From Nanobdellota archaeon (GTDB lineage: Archaea; Nanobdellota; Nanobdellia; SCGC-AAA011-G17; JACPNG01), in the NCBI GenBank assembly GCA_038046345.1, contig JBBSWJ010000022.1:1-17671 (forward strand): a stretch of 17,671 nucleotides of DNA. Direction: 5' to 3'. The position numbers and the translations under genes were made by a program. Under the pieces are notes generated by a model that did no database searches, was not told the DNA's origin, and was given only the letters and a program-made list of their open reading frames with translations. Positions 6,862 through 14,796 of this stretch are shown piece by piece (within the stretch, counting starts at the first letter, position 1; each line of letters opens with the position of its first letter).

Positions 6862-7932
6862 ATGAATATAGAAGAGAACATGACAAGTGATGCACAAATG
6901 CTCATTGAACGTTTTGGTGCTGAACCAGTTAAAGACTTAAAAGAAATACCTGAGTGTTATACCTTTCAGAAAGGACTTATTTATTCTCATAGAGACTTTG
7001 ATAAGTTTTTTGAGGCACTAAAAAAAGGTAAAAAATGTGCCATAGTATCCGGTTTAAACCCTTCAGGAACATTACATATCGGGCACAAAATTGTTTTTGA
7101 TACCAATCTATTTTTTCAAAAGAAGTATGGTATACCTGTGTTCATTCCATTATCTGAGGATGAAACTTATGTTACCGGAAAAGTTAAGTCACAAAGTGAA
7201 GGTTTACAAAATGCACTTAAGCTAGCCAAAGAGCTGTTAGCATATGGGTTTGATCCTAAGAAAACTTATTTTATTATAGATCAGGTTTACACAAATATTT
7301 ACAACCTTGCTATTAAATATTCTATTGGCACTAATCTTTCTACTATCAAACGAATATTTGGTTATGAGCTTGAGAATAATCCCGGGCTGTTTTTTTATCC
7401 AGTAGTTCAGACTGCACATATTCTCTTGCCTACTGAGTTAATTAAAGCTGAATATATTCTTGTCCCAATAGGACCAGATGAAGATACCCATATCAGAATT
7501 AGCAGGGAGATTGCTCAAAAGTTTAAACTTAACAAACCAGCAATTACTCACTCTGTATTCCTACCCGGACTTACTGGAACTAAGATGAGCGCCAGCAAAC
7601 CAGAGACTGCAATCTTCTTAAGCGACGATGAAAAAACCATCCGAAAAAAAATCATGAGTTCATTTAGTGGCGGACAAGAAACAATTAGTGAACATAAAAA
7701 AAAAGGTGGAAACCCATCTAATGATATTGCATGTATATATCTAAGCAAACTCTTTTACGATGAAAAACAAAGCAATAAGCTTATCAGTGACTACAGTTCA
7801 GGAAAATTATTGAGCAGCGAAGTTAAAGGATTGTTTGCTGATGAGATTATCAAGTTTGTTAATAAGTTTCAAAAGAGCTTGATAAAAGTTAAAAAGAAAG
7901 ACCTTGATAAGTGCATTTTAAAAAATCGTTAA
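6862..7932 (+). CDS. trpS: Tryptophanyl-tRNA synthetase, archaeal/eukaryal type
   Basis: HIGH and KMSAS motifs, YSHRDFD, VPIGPDEDTHIRISRE and FSGGQET. SD GAGGT upstream. Confidence 0.95.
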   Translation: MNIEENMTSDAQMLIERFGAEPVKDLKEIPECYTFQKGLIYSHRDFDKFFEALKKGKKCAIVSGLNPSGTLHIGHKIVFDTNLFFQKKYGIPVFIPLSEDETYVTGKVKSQSEGLQNALKLAKELLAYGFDPKKTYFIIDQVYTNIYNLAIKYSIGTNLSTIKRIFGYELENNPGLFFYPVVQTAHILLPTELIKAEYILVPIGPDEDTHIRISREIAQKFKLNKPAITHSVFLPGLTGTKMSASKPETAIFLSDDEKTIRKKIMSSFSGGQETISEHKKKGGNPSNDIACIYLSKLFYDEKQSNKLISDYSSGKLLSSEVKGLFADEIIKFVNKFQKSLIKVKKKDLDKCILKNR

Positions 7933-7933
7933 T

Positions 7934-8007
7934 GGGCGCATAGCATAATCCGGCTAGTGTGATCGGCTCCAACCCGATTGATCTGGGTTCAAATCCCAGT
8001 GTGCCCG
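7934..8007 (+). tRNA. tRNA-Trp(CCA), intronless, CCA end not encoded
   Basis: Acceptor stem GGGCGCA/TGTGCCC; anticodon arm ATCGG-CTCCAAC-CCGAT with CCA at 7969-7971; T arm CTGGG-TTCAAAT-CCCAG. Confidence 0.95.
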
Positions 8008-8070
8008 CTTTGTGTTTAAGCTTTGAATGAAAGTAAAAAAATTTAACTTTGCTATTAAGGCTTTTTAACC

Positions 8071-8085
8071 AAAAACCTTAAATAT
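8071..8085 (+). promoter_or_regulatory. BRE/TATA promoter of the 8110 ORF
   Basis: AAAAACC-TTAAATAT; the TATA element begins 32 nt upstream of the ATG at 8110. Confidence 0.5.
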
Positions 8086-8109
8086 TAGTCATCTCTATAC
8101 AAGAGTAAC

Positions 8110-8382
8110 ATGGCTGAAATTGAACATAATAACACGGATCTTGCTTGTAAAGTTTGGGCTGTAGACATAACACCTTCAGGAGAAGCACATAATTGTCATG
8201 CTAACCAACATGGATTAAAGGGGAACACATGGATCGGAAGATGGAGATTAGAAGAAGAATTAAGCTTAGGGGCATCATATACTAAGATGAATTGGCAGCT
8301 TAGAGGATGTAAACCAAATGATGACGGCTCAAATTGTGTTGATTGTTGCTATAAGCAATTTAAAGGAGTTTATTCAGATTAA
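8110..8382 (+). CDS. Hypothetical Cys/His/Trp-rich protein
   Basis: 90-aa ORF that fills the intergenic space, with its own promoter and a downstream terminator-like hairpin. 6 Cys, 4 His, 4 Trp; no family recognised. Confidence 0.65.
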   Translation: MAEIEHNNTDLACKVWAVDITPSGEAHNCHANQHGLKGNTWIGRWRLEEELSLGASYTKMNWQLRGCKPNDDGSNCVDCCYKQFKGVYSD

Positions 8383-8397
8383 AAATGTCTAAGTTAA

Positions 8398-8414
8398 ACT
8401 CAATTTTTTTGAGT
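8398..8414 (+). terminator. Putative terminator: T7 tract within an inverted repeat
   Basis: ACTCAA-TTTTT-TTGAGT, 15 nt after the 8382 stop. Confidence 0.4.
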
Positions 8415-8454
8415 ATACTTAAGAGAATAAGTTTAACACTGATTATATTAACAC

Positions 8455-8487
8455 CACAATACTTTTAAATTATTAACTATAGTTAAT
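8455..8487 (+). promoter_or_regulatory. suf operon promoter with a 16-bp palindromic operator candidate
   Basis: TTTTAAAT at 8463-8470 is followed by the perfect palindrome ATTAACTATAGTTAAT at 8472-8487. Confidence 0.6.
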
Positions 8488-8500
8488 TTACTGTGATCTT

Positions 8501-9901
8501 ATGGATATCAAACAATTTTCTGTGGACCGATCAAAGTACGATCAAGCTGATGAACATACGCCCGCGTTTGTTGCAAAACCAGGCTTAACCAAAGAGCTTG
8601 TTATAGAGATATCCAAAAAGAAAAATGAACCAGAATGGATGCTACAAAAACGTCTACAGGGATTTGAGCTATTCCAAAAAACAAAAATCCCAGTATGGGG
8701 GCCAGATTTAAGCCAGCTTGATTTAAACAATATTGTGTATTACATTGACCCAAATGCTAAAGAAACAGACTCATGGGATGAAGTTCCAGAAGAAATTAAA
8801 AAAACTTTTGACAGACTCGGAATACCGGAAGCTGAAAAAACAGCATTAGGGGGAGTAGGCTCACAATATGACAGCTCAGTTGTTTACCATAAAATAAAAA
8901 AAGATCTTGAAGATAAAGGTGTTATCTTTGAAAACATGGACACCGCAGTACAAAAATATCCTGAACTTGTAAAAAAATATTTTATGACATCCTGTATACC
9001 TGTTAATGATCATAAATTTATAATGTTACACGCAGCAATATGGAGCGGAGGGTCTTTTATCTATGTACCACAAAATGTAAAAGTAGATCTTCCATTACAA
9101 GCCTATTTCAGAATGAACGCACAAAGGAGTGGCCAATTTGAACATACATTAATAATAGTAGACAAAGGCGCACAATTACATTACGTGGAAGGTTGTAGTT
9201 CACCACTTTATAGTAATAATTCTTTACACGCGGGCTGCGTTGAACTTCATGTTTTGGAAGGAGCAAGAATGAGATACTCTTCAATAGAAAACTGGAGTAA
9301 AAACGTGTACAACCTAAACACCAAAAGAGCAATAGTACACAAAAACGCAGTTGTTGAATGGCTTAACGGGAATAATGGCTCACAATGCACAATGCTATAC
9401 CCTTGTTCAATCTTAATAGGAGAAGGCGCAAGATCTGATAGCCTCGGAATAGCATTCGCAAATACAGGACAAAATCAAGATACCGGAGCAAAAGTTATAC
9501 ATGCCGCACCAAGAACATCATCCACAATCCGGGCAAAAAGCATCAGCAAAGGCGGAGGTGTTTCATCCTACCGTGGTTCTGTTGTTGTAACAAAGAATGC
9601 AACTGATACAAAATCAAGTGTTACATGTGACGCATTATTAATAGACAACAAATCTATCTCCAACACTTACCCTTTTATGAAGATTGATACTAACAAAGTA
9701 GACATAGTACATGAAGCTTCTGTTGGTAAAATCGGTGAAGAAGAAATATTTTATTTAATGAGCCGCGGACTTACTGAAGAACAAGCAATTCAAATGGTTG
9801 TTTCAGGTTTTATTGAACCAGTTGTGAAAGCACTGCCCTTAGAATATGCAGTTGAATTGAACAAACTAATAGAAATGGAAATGGAAGGAGCAGTGGGATA
9901 A
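8501..9901 (+). CDS. sufB: Fe-S cluster assembly scaffold SufB
   Basis: GQFEHTLII, HYVEGCSSP, LHAGCVE, TCDALL and HEASVGKI...FYLMSRGL motifs. Confidence 0.95.
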   Translation: MDIKQFSVDRSKYDQADEHTPAFVAKPGLTKELVIEISKKKNEPEWMLQKRLQGFELFQKTKIPVWGPDLSQLDLNNIVYYIDPNAKETDSWDEVPEEIKKTFDRLGIPEAEKTALGGVGSQYDSSVVYHKIKKDLEDKGVIFENMDTAVQKYPELVKKYFMTSCIPVNDHKFIMLHAAIWSGGSFIYVPQNVKVDLPLQAYFRMNAQRSGQFEHTLIIVDKGAQLHYVEGCSSPLYSNNSLHAGCVELHVLEGARMRYSSIENWSKNVYNLNTKRAIVHKNAVVEWLNGNNGSQCTMLYPCSILIGEGARSDSLGIAFANTGQNQDTGAKVIHAAPRTSSTIRAKSISKGGGVSSYRGSVVVTKNATDTKSSVTCDALLIDNKSISNTYPFMKIDTNKVDIVHEASVGKIGEEEIFYLMSRGLTEEQAIQMVVSGFIEPVVKALPLEYAVELNKLIEMEMEGAVG

Positions 9902-11055
9902 TGCTTAACGAAAACACTTTAAGAACAATAGCTGAAAACGAACCTCAATGGCTAATAGACAACCGTTTAAGCTCCATGAAAAAATTTAAAGAATTAAGTT
10001 TACCTAAATTTAAATACGGTATTGGAATCCTAGTTGATACTTCAGAATTAAATTTGAATATCAACCCCTTACTAAAAAATGAAACTGTTATTGTTGCTGA
10101 TGAGTCAGTGAGAATATCAAGACTGCATGATGCTTTAGAAAATCATGGAGAGCTAATAAGAGAGATTATAACAAAACAACCAAATGATAACAAGATCAAC
10201 GCATTACATAACACTTTTTTCAATGACTTTATGTTAATACACATACCAAAAAATACTAAGATAGAAAAACCAATACAGATTAATAATAAAATTAATGATT
10301 GTCTGATACGCCATATCTTAATTATTGCTGAAGATAACTCTGAAGCAATTATTACCGAGCACACCATATCAGCAGCCAATAACCAAACATTCTGCAGCCA
10401 GTTTGTTAATGTCATTGTAAAAGAAAATGCAAAACTCAAGTATAATATTGCACAAGGCTTAAACACTAATGCTTATAACTTCTTGACAAGAAAAGCAAAT
10501 GTTGGAAGGAACGGAAAAATTACATGGATGACATGTTCAATCGGAAGCAAGTTTAACCAGTCCTCTACTAAAACTAACTTAATAGCTGAAGGTGCAGAAA
10601 GCAAAACGTTTAATGTTGCATTTGGTGACAGAGAACAATGCTACGACCTCAATGAAGAAAATAATCATATCGCTTCCAACACATTAAGCAGCTTACTTGC
10701 TAAACTAATTTTAAATGATAAAGCACGCATTGTTTTTAGAGGTTTAGTAAAGATAAACAATAAAGCAGAAGGCTGCGAAGGCTCTCAAAAAGAAGAAAGC
10801 ATCTTGTTAAGCGAAAATGCCCGCGTAGATATAGTCCCTAATCTTGAGATTAGTAATAATAATGTTAAATGCAATCATGGAGCAACAATAAGCCAAATCG
10901 ATGAAGAAACTTTATTCTATTTAATGAGCCGAGGTATACATGAAAACATGGCTAAAAAACTAATTATTGAAGGTATCTTTGATACTTTTATTTCAAAAGT
11001 TGACGATGAAAACCTTAAAAAAGAAATTAAAGAGGCAATAGCCGGAAGATTGTAA
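9901..11055 (+). CDS. sufD: Fe-S cluster assembly protein SufD
   Basis: SufB paralogue with PNLEISNNNVKCNHGATISQIDEETLFYLMSRGI. 1-nt overlap with the sufB stop. Confidence 0.9.
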   Translation: MLNENTLRTIAENEPQWLIDNRLSSMKKFKELSLPKFKYGIGILVDTSELNLNINPLLKNETVIVADESVRISRLHDALENHGELIREIITKQPNDNKINALHNTFFNDFMLIHIPKNTKIEKPIQINNKINDCLIRHILIIAEDNSEAIITEHTISAANNQTFCSQFVNVIVKENAKLKYNIAQGLNTNAYNFLTRKANVGRNGKITWMTCSIGSKFNQSSTKTNLIAEGAESKTFNVAFGDREQCYDLNEENNHIASNTLSSLLAKLILNDKARIVFRGLVKINNKAEGCEGSQKEESILLSENARVDIVPNLEISNNNVKCNHGATISQIDEETLFYLMSRGIHENMAKKLIIEGIFDTFISKVDDENLKKEIKEAIAGRL

Positions 11056-11056
11056 A

Positions 11057-12295
11057 ATGGAAGCTAAACAACTAATTGATCCAAACAAAATAAAGCAAGA
11101 TTTTAGTATTTTTAAAAGAAAAATAAATGGAAAACCTTTAGTATATCTAGATAACGGAGCTACCAGCTTAACCCCAGATATAGTTGTTAACGCAATAAAC
11201 AATTATTATCACAACTTCAACGCAAACATCCATCGAGGCGTTCATACCATGGGTGAAGATGCTACTATCGCTTACGAGTCTGCTCATGATAAAGTTGCTA
11301 AATTTATTAACGCTGACAATAAAGAGATTATATTCACTTCAGGAACAACTGCATCATTAAATATTCTTGTTCGTTCCATAAGATTAAACCCTGGTGATGT
11401 AATAATCCTAACTGAAATGGAACATCATAGCAATATTGTACCATGGTTAGAAGCAGCTAAAAAAGAAGGATACATAATTAAATACGTTAAAATAACTGAG
11501 AACGGCGAACTAGACATGAATCACCTTAAGTCTTTGCTTCTTAACTCACATGTTGGTGTTGTTTCAGTAACACACATGTCTAATGTACTTGGCAGTATAA
11601 ATAATGTTAAAGAAATAGCTAAACTAGCACATGAAAAAGGTGCTTTATGCATTGTAGACGGAGCACAATCAGTACCACATATACCAATTGATGTAAAAGA
11701 TATTGACTGCGACTTTTTTTGTTTTTCTGGACATAAAATGGCCGGACCAACAGGTATAGGAGTATTGTACGGAAAAAAAGAACTGCTTAATGACATGGAA
11801 CCAGCTAATTTTGGCGGGGACATGATCTCAGAAGTTCACTTTGACCATGCTACTTGGAATGACCTCCCATGGAAGTTTGAAGCTGGCACACCAAATATTG
11901 CGGGAGGAATTGGATTAGGAGCAGCAGTAGAATATTTAGACTCTATTGGAATGGATAAGATACGTGACTATGAGGAATTTCTAACTGAATATGCATTAAC
12001 AAAATTAAAAGGCATTGAAGGAGTGACTATATACGGCTCATCAAAAAAACGAGGCGGTGTAATCTCTTTTAATGTTAAAGATATTCATCCGCATGACGTT
12101 GGCACTATACTAGACCGGGACGGAATAGCAATTCGCGGTGGCCACATGTGCGCAATGCCACTAATTAAAACAGTATTAAAACTAAACAGCGTTTGCAGAA
12201 TATCACTATACTTTTATAACACCACAGAAGATATTGACAAACTTGTTACAGCAATTCATAAAGCAAAGGAGGTTTTTTGTAATGACCAATCCTAA
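11057..12295 (+). CDS. sufS: Group II cysteine desulfurase SufS
   Basis: YLDNGATS, PLP-lysine motif SGHKM, FEAGTP and RGGHMCA (a variant of RxGHHCA). Confidence 0.95.
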   Translation: MEAKQLIDPNKIKQDFSIFKRKINGKPLVYLDNGATSLTPDIVVNAINNYYHNFNANIHRGVHTMGEDATIAYESAHDKVAKFINADNKEIIFTSGTTASLNILVRSIRLNPGDVIILTEMEHHSNIVPWLEAAKKEGYIIKYVKITENGELDMNHLKSLLLNSHVGVVSVTHMSNVLGSINNVKEIAKLAHEKGALCIVDGAQSVPHIPIDVKDIDCDFFCFSGHKMAGPTGIGVLYGKKELLNDMEPANFGGDMISEVHFDHATWNDLPWKFEAGTPNIAGGIGLGAAVEYLDSIGMDKIRDYEEFLTEYALTKLKGIEGVTIYGSSKKRGGVISFNVKDIHPHDVGTILDRDGIAIRGGHMCAMPLIKTVLKLNSVCRISLYFYNTTEDIDKLVTAIHKAKEVFCNDQS

Positions 12296-12689
12296 TGAAC
12301 TCAACATCAAAGAAGAAATTTACAGAGAAAACATACTTGACCATTTCAAAAACCCACATAACTTCGGAGAGTTGGCTCCATGCTCTTTTTACCATTGCGA
12401 AGTCAACCAATTATGTGGTGATGAAGTTAAATTATTTGTAAAACTAGACGATAAAGAAACTGTTGCTGCGGCAAGATTTAATGGGCATGGCTGCGCTATA
12501 AGCGTAGCAAGCGCTTCGATGCTCACTGATTATATAATCGGTAAATCAATAGGGGAATTGAAATGCATACAATCAAGTGAGATCATTGAACTTTTAGGTG
12601 TAAAACTAAGTGTAGTAAGAATGAAATGCGGCTTACTAGTTTTGAAAACTCTAAGAAATGGTATTAAAACCATGGAGGTCAGACAATGA
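12282..12689 (+). CDS. sufU: SufU (NifU-like sulfur-transfer protein)
   Basis: Start moved to the ATG at 12282 after SD GGAGG, giving 135 aa. Contains ILDHFKNPHNFG, CGD, GCAISVASASML and RMKC. Confidence 0.9.
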   Translation: MTNPNELNIKEEIYRENILDHFKNPHNFGELAPCSFYHCEVNQLCGDEVKLFVKLDDKETVAAARFNGHGCAISVASASMLTDYIIGKSIGELKCIQSSEIIELLGVKLSVVRMKCGLLVLKTLRNGIKTMEVRQ

Positions 12690-13426
12690 GCCTCTTGATA
12701 AAAGATCTTCATGTTAGCATAAATGGAGTGGAGATACTAAAAGGAATTAACTTAGAAATTAAGAAAGATCAAATTCATGCCTTAATGGGCCCAAATGGCG
12801 CTGGAAAGAGCACTTTAGGCAATGTGCTTATGGGTCACCCAAATTACAAAATTGATTCTGGCTCTATAATGCTTGACGGCAAAGACATAACAAAACTAAG
12901 ACCTAACGAAAGAGCTAAACTTGGATTATTTCTATCATTCCAATACCCACGAGAAATCACTGGTGTAACAATAAGCAACTTTTTAAGAACTGCTTTAAAC
13001 GCTGTTAAAGGCACCAACATTGGAGTAGTTGAATTTTACAATTTACTAAAAGAAAAAATGGCAAGACTGAATATAGATTCAAGCTTTAGCAAACGCTATG
13101 TTAATGAAGGTTTTTCCGGTGGAGAAAAAAAGCGTGCTGAAATTCTTCAACTAAGCGTTCTAGAACCAAAGTATGCAATTCTTGATGAGACAGATTCCGG
13201 ACTTGATGCAGATGCATTAAAGATAGTAGCCAATGGAATTAATGAAATGCGTAATTCAGAAAGAGGATTTTTATTAATCACACATTATTACCGCATACTA
13301 AATATTATAACCCCGGACACAGTTAGCATCATCATTGATGGCAAAATAGTCAAGACTGGCGGTAAAGAACTTGCTCATGAAATTGAAGACAGCGGTTTTG
13401 CTGAATTCTTGGAGGCTAGTTTATGA
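12686..13426 (+). CDS. sufC: Fe-S assembly ABC ATPase SufC
   Basis: Walker A GPNGAGKS, FQYP, signature FSGGEKKR and Walker B ILDETDSGLD. Confidence 0.95.
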   Translation: MSLLIKDLHVSINGVEILKGINLEIKKDQIHALMGPNGAGKSTLGNVLMGHPNYKIDSGSIMLDGKDITKLRPNERAKLGLFLSFQYPREITGVTISNFLRTALNAVKGTNIGVVEFYNLLKEKMARLNIDSSFSKRYVNEGFSGGEKKRAEILQLSVLEPKYAILDETDSGLDADALKIVANGINEMRNSERGFLLITHYYRILNIITPDTVSIIIDGKIVKTGGKELAHEIEDSGFAEFLEASL

Positions 13427-13797
13427 AACAAAATGATTATGAACACTCTGAAAATAGTATACACCAAGAAAAATCTAAGAAAGTACCGGTCAGAGAACTT
13501 GAAAAGATTGATGAACTTAAAGGAATTATTGATATGCTTAAGAAAATAAATGACCCTGAACTAAATGTGGATATTTGGAGTTTAGAACTTATTTATAATA
13601 TTGAAATGAAAAATCATGATGAAGTAAGCATAGATATGACTTTTACCTCTCCGCTATGTCCTTTCGGACCACAAATTGTATCCCAAGTAACGCAAGGTCT
13701 TATTAACCTTGGTTTTATAAAACACAATGTCGAAGTGGTTATTGACCCACCATGGGAACCAAGCGAAGAAGTAAAGGAATTATTGGGGGTTGCATAA
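13423..13797 (+). CDS. sufT: DUF59/SufT (PaaD-like) Fe-S maturation protein
   Basis: DPELNVDIWSLELIY, MTFTSPLCP and PPWEP. ATGA overlap with sufC. Confidence 0.85.
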   Translation: MKQNDYEHSENSIHQEKSKKVPVRELEKIDELKGIIDMLKKINDPELNVDIWSLELIYNIEMKNHDEVSIDMTFTSPLCPFGPQIVSQVTQGLINLGFIKHNVEVVIDPPWEPSEEVKELLGVA

Positions 13798-13828
13798 GTA
13801 TTATAAACTTTTAAGGAGTGATGATAAA

Positions 13829-14206
13829 ATGGTAAAACAAATTCAACCACAGGAAATTGAAGTGTTCTATGTGCTTCCTGCACTGCGCCGTGAACTAACA
13901 ATCGCAATGAAGGAAATGGGATATACCCAAAAGAAGATCGCACGTTTATTGGGTGTTACAGAACCGGCAGTGAGTCAGTATGTTAATTCAAAGCGGGCTG
14001 TTAATGTTAACTTTAATGATCACCTAAAAGAACATATTAAAGATTCTGCAAAAAAAATACAAGATCCAATAACACTTACAGAAGAAACACAATTCTTATT
14101 AAGGATTGCAGGCAATGACAAGATAACATGCCGTGTCTGTAATGACGTTGCAAAAACAGATCAAGGATGCAGTGTATGCTTCCGTGAATCTTGTGAAGAG
14201 CACTAA
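13829..14206 (+). CDS. HTH transcriptional regulator (COG2522-like) with a C-terminal Cys cluster
   Basis: Start moved to the ATG at 13829 after SD AGGAGTGA, giving 125 aa. HTH TQKKIARLLGVTEPAVSQY; tail CRVC-x9-CSVC-x4-C. Confidence 0.85.
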   Translation: MVKQIQPQEIEVFYVLPALRRELTIAMKEMGYTQKKIARLLGVTEPAVSQYVNSKRAVNVNFNDHLKEHIKDSAKKIQDPITLTEETQFLLRIAGNDKITCRVCNDVAKTDQGCSVCFRESCEEH

Positions 14207-14213
14207 TACGAAA

Positions 14214-14795
14214 ATGGAATCAAAAAAATTAAAATACAAAAAACTTGATGGAATAAGTGAAAAGCAACTATCAGAACACCATGATGTCTTGTATGTTGGA
14301 TACGTTAACAAAGTAGCAGCAATTGACAAAGCATTAAAGAGCGTAAACCTCGAAGGTGTAAATGCTACATTTTCAGATCTGCGAGAATTAAAAATTGAAG
14401 AAACATTTGCAGTAAACGGAGTTAAACTTCATGAAGCATACTTTGATAACCTCGGAGGGAATGGGTTACCATCAGGTAAAATAACTGAATTAATCAAAAG
14501 AGATTTTGGTTCTATTGATTCATGGAAAAAAGAATTCATGGCATGCGGTCTAGCTGCAAGAGGATGGGTTGTATTAGCTTTTGATCTTGATACTAAGAAA
14601 CTTAGAAATGTAGTATGTGACCTGCATAACCAAGGTGGTGTATGGAACTGCGTTTCATTACTAGTACTTGATGTATATGAACATGCGTACTTTATTGATT
14701 TTGCAACAGCAAGGGCAAAGTATATTGATGTATTCATGAAAAACATAGACTGGGCAGACGTTAACTCTCGCCTAAAAAAATTTAAGGTGGAATAA
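14214..14795 (+). CDS. sod: Fe/Mn superoxide dismutase
   Basis: Start moved to the ATG at 14214, giving 193 aa. Ligand motifs SEHH, NGVKLHEAYF and DVYEHAY; GWVVL is present. Confidence 0.9.
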   Translation: MESKKLKYKKLDGISEKQLSEHHDVLYVGYVNKVAAIDKALKSVNLEGVNATFSDLRELKIEETFAVNGVKLHEAYFDNLGGNGLPSGKITELIKRDFGSIDSWKKEFMACGLAARGWVVLAFDLDTKKLRNVVCDLHNQGGVWNCVSLLVLDVYEHAYFIDFATARAKYIDVFMKNIDWADVNSRLKKFKVE

Positions 14796-14796
14796 T

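Noticed and set aside
8055-8081. Inverted repeat TTAAGG-C-TTTTT-AACC-AAAAA-CCTTAA, possibly an antisense promoter toward tRNA-Trp
   Set aside because: It is low complexity and one arm is simply the BRE/TATA of the 8110 ORF; there is no independent support.
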